From contig CAJWER010000002.1 of assembly GCA_913030785.1 (NCBI GenBank), positions 1 through 36,980 of the forward strand: 36,980 bases of DNA. Direction: 5' to 3'. Position 1 is the first letter of the stretch. Each line of letters starts with the position of its first letter. A model generated the notes under the pieces. It was not told where the DNA came from, searched no databases, and saw only the letters and a list, made by a program, of their open reading frames with translations. This document shows, in pieces, positions 26,379-35,720 of the stretch. The stretch comes from an uncultured Chloroflexota bacterium (GTDB lineage Bacteria; Chloroflexota; Dehalococcoidia; Lucifugimonadales; CAJWER01). Both the position numbers and the translations under genes were made by a program.

Positions 26379-27230
26379 TTAGTCTGTAGGCGGCCTCTCG
26401 CCTACCATGCGCTCGTAGTGGTCGCCTACTGGCTCTGTGGCCCGCCTTAGAGCCGATTCAGCGACGGTAATCCTCGGTACCAGTTCGGTCTTATCGCGCA
26501 CGAAGCCCTCACCGTACATGGTCCCCGCGAACCAACCGGCATTGCCAAGCGAGACCTCCATCCGCTTCCGGGACCAGGCTGGATAGTGCCCCTGGCTGAT
26601 GTACTTGTTCTCAGCCGCAACTCGCTTCTCGAACCAGTCGCTGATGTCGACCACGAAGTCGAACTCATCGTTCTGATAATAGACACCGGGGTAGTATATG
26701 GCAGCTATCGTGTGTGGGGCCACGGTGTCACCCGGGGTGGCAGTGGCCGCCCGGCTCCGAGCCTCCAGACTCATGAAGGCGGTCTCCTCATGGTCGTCAG
26801 GCATCCTGGCCGCCATGCCGTTGCGGGTGGCGGTGTGCGGGCTCTGGGTAATCATGACATGGGGCCTCGTCTCCATGATTACGTCCCGAAGAGCGTCGAT
26901 CGACTCGGGAAATAACGAGACCCGATAGGGCTGCGAAAAGCCAAGGATTCTGACATCTGTGATGCCGAAAATGGCGCAGGCCTCCTCCAACTCCTTCGCT
27001 TTCACAGCGCTGTAGTCCCCGGCCCTCTGGTTGATGATAGCGGGGTCGCGCTCCACCTCCGGCTTCATCAGCTCATCGTGGAGTGCCTCGTTGTGAGTAG
27101 CCTCGCCGGTGGTGATACTGACGACCGTAACCTCGTCCCCGGAAGCCGCATGAATCCCGAGCGTGCCAGCGTAGTGAGTGAAATCGTGTGGGTGAGCGTT
27201 GACGCTGAGAATACGAAGGTTCTGACCCAA
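26379..27230 (-). CDS. PIG-L/LmbE-family putative deacetylase, paralog 2
   Basis: Collinear with paralog 1 over its whole length, with roughly three quarters of residues identical by eye. It carries the same AHPHDF motif. Start set at TTG 27230 (GGAGG-7nt), homologous to TTG 26254. The ORF stays open to 27452, but that extension has no counterpart in paralog 1. Confidence 0.65.
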   Translation of the reverse strand: MGQNLRILSVNAHPHDFTHYAGTLGIHAASGDEVTVVSITTGEATHNEALHDELMKPEVERDPAIINQRAGDYSAVKAKELEEACAIFGITDVRILGFSQPYRVSLFPESIDALRDVIMETRPHVMITQSPHTATRNGMAARMPDDHEETAFMSLEARSRAATATPGDTVAPHTIAAIYYPGVYYQNDEFDFVVDISDWFEKRVAAENKYISQGHYPAWSRKRMEVSLGNAGWFAGTMYGEGFVRDKTELVPRITVAESALRRATEPVGDHYERMVGERPPTD

Positions 27231-27606
27231 TGTAATGCCTCCATGTCGCGAAAAGATGCCCGCAATTCTATGGGCGGCACATGCCCGAGTCAAGGCATCA
27301 TGCGTGGAGCCAGGAGAATCGTTGACACATGGCCGCACAACTTCTCCACTGCAGCTAATCCAGCCACATCCCGGGGGCCCGTTACTGACGGGTAAACGTC
27401 CAGAATCTAAACGTCGGGCAGGGGCGTAGTACGAAGAGTCGCGCACTGCCAAATCGTGACGATGCCGTAGCTATGTTATCTTAGAGCCCTCTATCGGTTT
27501 TCACCGCAGACAGCGCCGATGGCGCCGGGTCGAACTTGTGCGCAAATTGCTAAGCGCACTCCGTGCCCGTCTGCGACAACATTAGGGCTCCTAGTGAGGC
27601 CCGGCA

Positions 27607-30600
27607 ATGCCCCCGCTCTCTCTGTCGAGACTAGTTTTCAAACGGTTTGCGGATGACTGGCCACTCCTGGCAAGCATCTTCGCCGGTATCTTGATCGCGA
27701 CGACCCTGGCCGCTGCGGCGCCCGTCTACGTCTCCGCCCTGGAACGCCTCGGGCTCAACCTGGCGATCGACCGGCTCGATCCACCATTCTCGAACATCAG
27801 CGTGTTCCTCTCCAACATTCAACTGACCGAGGAGAGGCTGAGCGACACTGAGACCGCCCTGGTTGAGGCAGCCGACGGCACGGTAGCGTCGATCTTTGAG
27901 AGCCGTCAACGATTCCTGCTCGTCGACACCTACGACACGGCCATGCCGGGTACGAGGCTACCCCCGGCCTCGGTAGGACTAGGCCCCTGCTGTCGCTCCT
28001 ACTTCCGCTCCTTAACCAACCTGGAAAGCCACGTCACGTTTCTCGAAGGCGGGATGGCAGGCGACCAGGTATCCGAAAAGCAGGGCCGTCCGCTGATCGA
28101 AGCGATCATCAGCATCAACACATCCAGGCTCTTCCAACTTGCGGTCGGGGAGGTGCTCACAGTCACCCCAGTCCTAGGGGTCGAACCCATCTACGTGCGC
28201 ATTTCTGGCATCGTGGAGGCAACCAACTCGACCGAAGACTACTGGCCGCTGCCGCCCTACATTCTCCTCGATCCCCCCAACGAAGAGGAAAACGAGTCGC
28301 TTGGGGAGGAAGCCGCCGAGCCCAGAGTGCCCCCAGCGCCACTCTATGCCACTCAGAGAGCCCTGGTGGATGCCGTTGGCGCCACCTACCCCACGACCCT
28401 GATCGACTCAGTGTGGATTGTCCTTGTCGATACCGAGGTATTCAAGGAGTGGGATCTCGCTGACGCACGACAACGCCTAGACGATTTCGGCGACAACATG
28501 GCCAGAGCGATCCCCGGCTCGGGTGTCTCCACACGGCTGAGGCAGACCCTGAACGACTTCGAGAGTACGAGCTTTTTCTCCAGAGTGCCTCTACTGTTGC
28601 TCCTGGCCATCGTCCTCGTGACCGTCTTTTTCTACCTGGCCATGATCGTCTCGTACCTCGTCCACAACCGGGCAAAAGACTCAGCGCTACTACGGACCAG
28701 GGGCATCGGCATGAGACAGCTCGTCCGGCTCTACCTGCTGGAAGGCCTGCTGATGACCAGCGTAGCAGTCGTGGTCGCGCCATTCCTGGCATTCGGCATA
28801 GTGGCCACGGCGGGGAAGGTACTATACCTGCGGGCCGCAACCGGGGGCGAGTTCCTGCCCCTGGATCTGGGCCCTGTGCCCTTCATCGTCGCTGGGGGCG
28901 CTGGCCTACTTTGTCTCTCAATCGTGGTGATGCCCGGGTTAATAGGCGCCCGCGGCGCACTACTGGCCCACAAGCTCCGAATCGGGCGCCCGCCGACGGT
29001 GCCAATGTGGCAGCGCTACAACCTGGACATCGGCGTGCTGGTCCTGGGGGGAGTGGTGTTCTGGGAGCTGCAAAGCCGAGGACACCTGATCTCGGGCGGC
29101 CTGTTCAGTGAGCCAGGTGTCAACGAACCGCTGCTGTTTGCTCCCGTCCTGTTCTTGATGATGGTTGGGCTGCTCTTCATGCGCTTGTTTCCTCTCACAA
29201 TACGCTTCCTCGGCGGCGAATCATCCACACTGGTCCACCTGACGGTAACCGCGTCCGTCGTTTCGTTCTCGGCAGTCATCGTATGGGTAGACGTCCTCGA
29301 TCACCGCTTGCTGGATTGGATAGCCCCAGTCTCGCTCGCGCTGGCCATAGGAGGTGCGTACTGGGCGACAGACCGCGCACGGCCGTTGCTTTGGCGTATC
29401 AGCGGCCTGGTGTTGCAGGCTGCCCTCGTAGCCACGCTGATGGCCCTGGAACGGCCCGGGCCCGGAGGCCCGGCGTTCTTCCCAGCCGTCGGGCTGATGG
29501 TCATCGTGCCAGCCCAAATCGCCTTCATCGCTCTCCGGAGGCTCACCAGAGTCGCACCCGTCTGGCTCTCAGTTGGGCTTTGGCACATGGCCCGCAACCC
29601 TCTGCAATACACCTCTCTGGTGCTTCTCCTAGTACTCGTGACAGGTGTTGGAGTCCTGGCGACCACCGTCGGCGGCACTCTGAAGCGCAACGTCGAGGAT
29701 CGCATCTCCTACGCGACCGCCGCGGACGTCAGGGTCGCTGGAATCACCACCTTTTCCATGGAGAGCATAGCCGCGGAGGAACAGCGATTCCTATCGGCCC
29801 TCCCCGGCGCCACGGGAGTTTCACTGGCGCTGCGACAGGAGACGCGGGCAGCAGCCGCGCCCGCCGAAATCCTCGCGATCGATTCGCTGGAATTTCCCTA
29901 CATCACCTGGTACCGAGAGGACTTCTCCGACCTGTCGATCACCGCAGTAATGGGGGACCTGAGGTCCAGCGCACGGATCGAACGGCTGGAGATCCCGGCG
30001 GAGTCCTCGAGCATAGGGGTCTGGGTGAATCCTCGCGAGGAGATCCCGAACACCTCGATGTGGTTCATATTGGAGGAGAGCAATGGCCGTCTGAGTTCTC
30101 TACCCGCAGGGATAGTCGGGGCGCCGGGATGGCAGCTCTTGGAGGTTCAGATACCCGGATGGATGCGGCACCCCGTGGACCTGGTGTCGATCCAACTCTT
30201 CGAGGCAGGCGCAGGAGAGGTTACTACCGCCGGCCAGATGATGATCGACGACATTCACACCCGGGTCGGTGAGGCGCAGCGGGTACACATCCTCGATGGA
30301 TTCGAGGAGCAACACAGATGGATGCCTATCGTCACATCTACCCTGTCGCCAGACCGCATTACATCCACTGGCCGGGCGGCCCATAGTGGACGTCGGACGG
30401 GAGTGTTCACATTTGGCACAGAGAACCAGGATGGCGTGCGGGGCTTTTACCAAAGCCCCACCGGCGGGCCGCTCCCCGTCGTAATCAGCGCCGCCCTGGC
30501 AGAGGCCACGGCGTTCGGGATCGACGACGTGATCGTCGTCCCAGTCTCGGAAAGAAACGTCCCGATGGTCGTACGCGGAGTGATCGACTACTTTCCGACC

Positions 30601-31260
30601 ATGGCGCCAACCGGCGGAAGATTCATTCTGGCAGACCTCAAGAGCCTGCTCGGCCACGTAAACGTGATGAGCAATATGATCGCGGCGACTCCGAACGAGC
30701 TCTTCGTCACACAGTCGCCAATCGCATACGATGCCGTCAGAGACGCCCTCGACCGCGTTTTCCGCTTCTCGGGTCGTGTCATGGACCGAACGGACATGCT
30801 GGAATCCTCCCGTCTCGACCCCCTCGCGACATCAGGCTGGAATTCGATGGTGCTTGTAGCGCTGCTGACCGTAATCGTGGCTGCGGGCCTGGGATACGCC
30901 ACCTACCTCCTGTTGTTTGCGAGTAGGAGCCGGAGCGAGATCGGTTTCCTGAAATCCATGGGACTATCTCGCCAACAACTGACGTGGCTACTGGCCTTCG
31001 AGCACCTAGCGATCGCCGTGACAGGTCTTATCCTCGGCACGTGGGCCGGCTTTCGCACGACGAACATGATGGTCTCATCTGTGGCAGTCTCCGAGACAGG
31101 AGAGCGATCGGTGCCGCCGTTCGTCCTGATCACAGACTGGACGCTAATGCTGCCGACCTACGGATTGCTACTGGGCATATTCGTTGTCGCCGTGGCGTTA
31201 TTGACCTTCAACGCCAGACGCCTGGGCCTGCACGCCATTGAGCGCGTGGAAGAGACCTAA
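27607..31260 (+). CDS. very large FtsX-family (MacB-type) ABC permease with two FtsX modules and two large extracytoplasmic domains
   Basis: A 1217-aa protein with an N-terminal TM helix and two FtsX-type segments (LLRTRGIGMRQLVRLYLLEGLLMTSVAV... and FLKSMGLSRQQLTWLLAFEHLAIAVTGLILG...), each preceded by a soluble domain of about 300 aa or more. There are extra TM helices in the middle. Confidence 0.8.
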   Translation: MPPLSLSRLVFKRFADDWPLLASIFAGILIATTLAAAAPVYVSALERLGLNLAIDRLDPPFSNISVFLSNIQLTEERLSDTETALVEAADGTVASIFESRQRFLLVDTYDTAMPGTRLPPASVGLGPCCRSYFRSLTNLESHVTFLEGGMAGDQVSEKQGRPLIEAIISINTSRLFQLAVGEVLTVTPVLGVEPIYVRISGIVEATNSTEDYWPLPPYILLDPPNEEENESLGEEAAEPRVPPAPLYATQRALVDAVGATYPTTLIDSVWIVLVDTEVFKEWDLADARQRLDDFGDNMARAIPGSGVSTRLRQTLNDFESTSFFSRVPLLLLLAIVLVTVFFYLAMIVSYLVHNRAKDSALLRTRGIGMRQLVRLYLLEGLLMTSVAVVVAPFLAFGIVATAGKVLYLRAATGGEFLPLDLGPVPFIVAGGAGLLCLSIVVMPGLIGARGALLAHKLRIGRPPTVPMWQRYNLDIGVLVLGGVVFWELQSRGHLISGGLFSEPGVNEPLLFAPVLFLMMVGLLFMRLFPLTIRFLGGESSTLVHLTVTASVVSFSAVIVWVDVLDHRLLDWIAPVSLALAIGGAYWATDRARPLLWRISGLVLQAALVATLMALERPGPGGPAFFPAVGLMVIVPAQIAFIALRRLTRVAPVWLSVGLWHMARNPLQYTSLVLLLVLVTGVGVLATTVGGTLKRNVEDRISYATAADVRVAGITTFSMESIAAEEQRFLSALPGATGVSLALRQETRAAAAPAEILAIDSLEFPYITWYREDFSDLSITAVMGDLRSSARIERLEIPAESSSIGVWVNPREEIPNTSMWFILEESNGRLSSLPAGIVGAPGWQLLEVQIPGWMRHPVDLVSIQLFEAGAGEVTTAGQMMIDDIHTRVGEAQRVHILDGFEEQHRWMPIVTSTLSPDRITSTGRAAHSGRRTGVFTFGTENQDGVRGFYQSPTGGPLPVVISAALAEATAFGIDDVIVVPVSERNVPMVVRGVIDYFPTMAPTGGRFILADLKSLLGHVNVMSNMIAATPNELFVTQSPIAYDAVRDALDRVFRFSGRVMDRTDMLESSRLDPLATSGWNSMVLVALLTVIVAAGLGYATYLLLFASRSRSEIGFLKSMGLSRQQLTWLLAFEHLAIAVTGLILGTWAGFRTTNMMVSSVAVSETGERSVPPFVLITDWTLMLPTYGLLLGIFVVAVALLTFNARRLGLHAIERVEET

Positions 31261-31304
31261 GCGACCTTCTCCAACCTTCGAGGGAGAGGATTGAGGTGAG
31301 GATC

Positions 31305-32603
31305 CTAGTCTTGGCCCGTTTCCTCTGACCCCGTCTCAACGCCGTAGCGCTCCAACAACTCGAGATACTCGTCGTAGTTAGAGATCGTCGCCACAGCCTT
31401 CAGGAAGCCCCCGACTCCAGGAAAGCGCTGCCGCAGCTCCGCGAGCTGAGCGCCGATAGGGCTAACGGACGCGGCGCTGGAGGCGTAGGACCCGTAGAAG
31501 GCAAAATAGGCCTGGTTTAGCTTTCTAAGCCCAAATCCCCGCAGCCTCAGAAACCACCACCGCTCCTTGAGATACTGTTCGGCCTCAACAATCTTGCCCT
31601 CGTCAAGAAGCTCCTCGGTTCGCTGCCTGGTCTCGCGCATCTCACGGGTAAACTCCGGGTTGCGCTCCTCAACGGACAGATAGCGGCTCTCCGACTCATT
31701 GAGATCCCCGCCCATACGAGCAAATACAGTGTCCCCCAGCTCGCGGCCTGCCATGTCGGCCGCCGTCTCATTGATCGCTAGCATCTCCGAGGAGCTGCGG
31801 TAGTGGCGTCCTAGCGAGTGGAACGTGAAGTACTGGTGTAGCCACTCGTGGGCGGCTAGTCGGCTGATCGACCGCAACTCACGGATGTCATTCACGAGCG
31901 AGGGGTAGGTGGCAATCCCGCCCAGATCGGCCACAAGTGAGGACAGATCATAGCGTTCAAGCAGCTCCGTCTCCAGACGATCCCGCTCCATCGGTGGCAC
32001 ATCCGCATGTAATAACACAGTCTCGGTTAGCTCGATACGGTCTCGTGGCGAAACTATAAGCACCGTGGGTGGGCGGTCGAATCGCAGGTCAACCGGTGGG
32101 AATAAGAACCCAAGCATGGAAGTCAGGTTCTCCTCAATGAGCACCTCGCTTAGCTCCGACTCGATTGCCCCCTCGGCGTCCGCCCTCGCGGCCTCCTTCT
32201 CAGCAGTCAACTCGTCCAGATAGTCGGTCGACCTCTCTGACCTATCCCTGATGCTTCCGGTGGACAGCGTTGAGCTGCTGCGGAACGCCAGGCCCTCAAG
32301 TCGGTCCTTTTCCTTGCGCACCATCCTGGCAAGCTGCAGGTAGCGGTCCAGACTGGCCAGACGCTCCTCCCGAGAAGGGTCGCTGCCTGGCAAGGCGCTC
32401 AACAGTAGCTGGTACCACTTGTACGGGACGTTCATCACCTCCCAGCCGGCCAACGAGAAGAGATACTCAGAGGCAATCGTTTTGGCAGGCGACAGCCGAA
32501 AGGTGTCGGTCTGGGGCAGCATGATGAAGACCGCGAGCAGACCCAGGACAGTGCTTCTCGTGAACAAGAATCCTAGCCTGGGTCTTCGCCATAGGGACCG
32601 CAC
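31305..32603 (-). CDS. membrane-anchored hypothetical protein with HExxH zinc-peptidase-like motif
   Basis: N-terminal TM helix (VLGLLAVFIML), a charged coiled segment, then AAHEWLHQY (codons at 31836-31850) followed about 20 aa later by INETAADMAG, a possible third-ligand Glu. No family is assigned confidently. Confidence 0.55.
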   Translation of the reverse strand: MRSLWRRPRLGFLFTRSTVLGLLAVFIMLPQTDTFRLSPAKTIASEYLFSLAGWEVMNVPYKWYQLLLSALPGSDPSREERLASLDRYLQLARMVRKEKDRLEGLAFRSSSTLSTGSIRDRSERSTDYLDELTAEKEAARADAEGAIESELSEVLIEENLTSMLGFLFPPVDLRFDRPPTVLIVSPRDRIELTETVLLHADVPPMERDRLETELLERYDLSSLVADLGGIATYPSLVNDIRELRSISRLAAHEWLHQYFTFHSLGRHYRSSSEMLAINETAADMAGRELGDTVFARMGGDLNESESRYLSVEERNPEFTREMRETRQRTEELLDEGKIVEAEQYLKERWWFLRLRGFGLRKLNQAYFAFYGSYASSAASVSPIGAQLAELRQRFPGVGGFLKAVATISNYDEYLELLERYGVETGSEETGQD

Positions 32604-32780
32604 GAATCCTCCTCAACCTGTGGTCGTCTTGGTTCTCATAAATGCGAACCGATGCGTACCAAAGATGCCTACCTACGAGAACGTTGTGTAGCTCCTAGCT
32701 AATCCACTACACTATTCCAGGAAGTGTAGCATCAGGCAAGCAGGCGAAATAGTCGTCGACCCTCGCACGGAGTAGCATAC

Positions 32781-34451
32781 TTGTCTTCTCCAACCGATTT
32801 TATTCGTAGCATCGTCGAAGAGGACCTCGAGGCCAACAAGAATGGCGGCCGCGTGATGACGCGCTTCCCGCCGGAGCCCAACGGCTACCTCCATATCGGC
32901 CACGCTCAGGCCACTGCAATCGACTTCGGCATCGCCTCGGAGTACGGCGGCGTCTGCAACCTACGGTTTGACGACACAAATCCTACGAAGGAGAACGTGG
33001 AGTACGTCAAATCGATCGAGGAGGATCTGCGCTGGCTCGGCCACGACTGGGGAAGTCAAGCTTACTATAGCTCGGACTACTTCGACGATCTGTACGGGTT
33101 TGCGAAAAAGCTGATAGACAAGGGCAAGGCCTACGTCTGCGATCTGAGCCCTGCCGAAATCAAAGAGTATCGGGGCACACTAACCGAGCCGGGCAAGGAT
33201 AGCCCCTACCGTGACCGGAGTGTCGAAGAGAACCTCGACCTGTTCACCAGGATGCGTGCAGGTGAGTTCGAACAGGGCTCTCGGGTCTTACGCGCCAAGA
33301 TTGACATGGCGTCACCGAACCTAAATCTACGTGACCCCGTCATCTACCGCATCCTCTATGCGACCCACCACCGGACCGGCGACGACTGGCCGATCTACCC
33401 GACATACGACTTTGCCCAGGGCCAGTCCGACTCCATCGAAGGCGTGACCCATTCGATCTGCACACTGGAGTTCGAAGACCACCGGCCTCTGTACGATTGG
33501 CTGCTGGATGAGCTGGAAGTGCACCACCCCCAGCAGATCGAGTTCGCTCGCCTGAACCTGACCTACACAATGATGAGCAAGCGCAAGCTGCTGTCCCTGG
33601 TGGAGGACGGCCATGTCACAGGTTGGAGCGACCCGCGGATGCCGACCATCTCGGCGATGCGGCGGCGTGGCTACACGCCAGAGGCCGTCAACAACTTCTC
33701 CCGTAGTGTCGGAGTGGTCAAAAGAAACCACACGGCAGAGATCCAGCTTCTCGAGCACTTCGTCCGTGAAGACCTGAACCGGCGGGCACAGAGGGTCCTG
33801 GGTGTTCTCCGTCCTCTCAAGGTGGTTATCGAGAACTATCCTGAGGGCCAGACCGAGGAGATGGAGGCGGTAAACAATCCTGAGGACCCGTCGATGGGCT
33901 CACGAACGGTACCGTTCTCTCGAGAGCTATACATCGAACGCGACGACTTCATGGAGGATCCGCCCAAGAAGTTCTATAGGCTGGCGCCTGGACGTGAGGT
34001 ACGCCTGAGGTATGGCTACTTCATCACGTGCCAGAGCGTAGTCAAGGACGAGCACACGGGCGAGATCGTCGAAGTCAGGTGCACCTATGACCCCGAGACT
34101 CGGGGAGGGCAGGCGCCGGACGGACGCAGAGTCCGCGGCACCATCCACTGGGTCTCGGCGGAGCATGCCGTGACCGCTGAGGTTCGCCTATACGATCGGA
34201 TGTTCACAGACGAACGGCCCGATGCCGCAGACGATTACAACTCGGTCCTGAACCCGGAATCCCTCGTCACCTTGAACTCTTGCAGGTTGGAGCCAGGATT
34301 GGCCGACGCGACTCCCGAAGCCCGCTACCAGTTCGAGCGACTCGGCTACTTCTACGTCGATTCCGTGGACTCGAAGCCCGGCGCACTGGTATTCAACCGC
34401 ACGGTTTCCCTGAAAGATAGCTGGGCCAAGGCTCAGAAGGCGGGCCGATAG
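32781..34451 (+). CDS. glnS: glutamine--tRNA ligase
   Basis: [16 protein letters not shown] (HIGH), LRFDDTNP, and [11 protein letters not shown] (KMSKS), with a GlnRS-type C-terminal beta-barrel domain. TTG start. Confidence 0.92.
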   Translation: MSSPTDFIRSIVEEDLEANKNGGRVMTRFPPEPNGYLHIGHAQATAIDFGIASEYGGVCNLRFDDTNPTKENVEYVKSIEEDLRWLGHDWGSQAYYSSDYFDDLYGFAKKLIDKGKAYVCDLSPAEIKEYRGTLTEPGKDSPYRDRSVEENLDLFTRMRAGEFEQGSRVLRAKIDMASPNLNLRDPVIYRILYATHHRTGDDWPIYPTYDFAQGQSDSIEGVTHSICTLEFEDHRPLYDWLLDELEVHHPQQIEFARLNLTYTMMSKRKLLSLVEDGHVTGWSDPRMPTISAMRRRGYTPEAVNNFSRSVGVVKRNHTAEIQLLEHFVREDLNRRAQRVLGVLRPLKVVIENYPEGQTEEMEAVNNPEDPSMGSRTVPFSRELYIERDDFMEDPPKKFYRLAPGREVRLRYGYFITCQSVVKDEHTGEIVEVRCTYDPETRGGQAPDGRRVRGTIHWVSAEHAVTAEVRLYDRMFTDERPDAADDYNSVLNPESLVTLNSCRLEPGLADATPEARYQFERLGYFYVDSVDSKPGALVFNRTVSLKDSWAKAQKAGR

Positions 34452-34684
34452 ACAGGATGTCGCTGTCGGGCACGGACTGAACGGAGGACCCGGAAAATGG
34501 ACGCGAGCGTCCAAGAAGAGCGTAGAGAGCCTGATCACAGCCTTCGACAACCACGGCTGCGGCCTCGGCCTCGATATGCAGGCCCAGAAACTAATGGGGC
34601 AACTCCTGTATACCGTGGACAACCTGACACGCGAACGGGATCAGCTCATTGAGCGCCTGAACGCGGACGGCTGACGTGGAACAC

Positions 34685-35488
34685 CTAGTTGGGCGTTTGA
34701 CCCCGCAAATGCCCGAGCCCTGCTAGGAACGCCATGAGCGCCTCATTCACCTCTTCCGGGCGCTCAAGCTGCACGAAGTGACCTACCTCATCCACCGTGA
34801 TCAGGCTCGCGCCGGGAATCAGCTGCGATAGCTCGACCGACCTATCCACAGGCGTTGATGCGTCCCCGAGAGCGCCTATGACAAGCGTGGGCACATCCAG
34901 CGCCGATAGTTCTTCTCTTACGTCCATGTCAGCGTATGCGTCCACCAGCTTCATAGCCACGTGCTCTGGTGTACGTAACATGCGGTCCTCCACCCACAAC
35001 ACCAGATCCGGCTCCGAATCGGGAGTGAACCACGATGCCGAGTAGCGCAGGAAGGCGCTCCGAAAGCCTTCCCCGGGAGATGCCGACGCTATCTGCCTTG
35101 ATACCAGAACCTTTTCAGGGTCGGCAGCGGTCGTAGCCACCAATACAAGGCCCGCCAGGTCGTCGGGATGGTCTAGTGCGTAGCGCTGTGCAACCATTCC
35201 TCCCATGGAGTGGCCCACCAGCACGAACGGAGCTGCCCCCAGGTCATGGCATACAGAGTGAATGTCCCCAGCCAGCCGGGCCAAAGAGTAGTCGTCCTCA
35301 GGCACAGACGACGCGCCGTGCCCGCGGAGGTCGGGCGCTAGTACTCGGCAGACGCCGGAAAGCGCCTCAATCTGGTTGCGCCAGAAGCTGCGATCGCACG
35401 CCCATCCGTGAACCAGAACAACAGCCGGACCGTCGCCAGCCTCGGTGTAGGCCATGCCGGTAGTCTTGTGGACGCCTTCTGCGATCAA
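34685..35488 (-). CDS. alpha/beta hydrolase (3-oxoadipate enol-lactonase / MhpC-like fold)
   Basis: PAVVLVHGWACDRSFW, the nucleophile elbow LVGHSMGG, and a C-terminal His region VGHFVQLERPEE. The start is TTG 35488 or ATG 35455. Confidence 0.8.
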   Translation of the reverse strand: MIAEGVHKTTGMAYTEAGDGPAVVLVHGWACDRSFWRNQIEALSGVCRVLAPDLRGHGASSVPEDDYSLARLAGDIHSVCHDLGAAPFVLVGHSMGGMVAQRYALDHPDDLAGLVLVATTAADPEKVLVSRQIASASPGEGFRSAFLRYSASWFTPDSEPDLVLWVEDRMLRTPEHVAMKLVDAYADMDVREELSALDVPTLVIGALGDASTPVDRSVELSQLIPGASLITVDEVGHFVQLERPEEVNEALMAFLAGLGHLRGQTPN

Positions 35489-35720
35489 GTCTTGGGACTC
35501 CCCTCAGCGCAAGACATCGACCCAAACCAGGGCATATCACCCCAACCGTCCGCAAAGGCACGGGGAATGGGGTGCCTTCATGCCCTGAGGTGAGTGTAAC
35601 CCCACAAATACTTCGTCGGGGGCGTCCTCAGCATTACAGGTAGAGACCCATCCCACCGGGAAAAGACCCAAACAAACCTTCCCAGGCATATCCCACACCC
35701 TCAAAAAGCGCTTGTGACGC

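Noticed and set aside
27231-27452. 74-aa N-terminal extension of PIG-L paralog 2.
   Set aside because: It has no counterpart in paralog 1, whose homology begins at the same GGAGG-TTG position, and the composition is not protein-like. It is kept only as an alternative start.
31261-31304. Terminator between the convergent FtsX and HExxH genes (CTTCTCC-N9-GGAGAGG).
   Set aside because: The stem needs a G-U pair and there is no U-tract on either side. This is too weak to annotate.
34188-34622. 144-aa minus-strand ORF overlapping the glnS 3' end.
   Set aside because: It is mostly antisense to the well-supported GlnRS C-terminal domain, and its composition is shadow-like.
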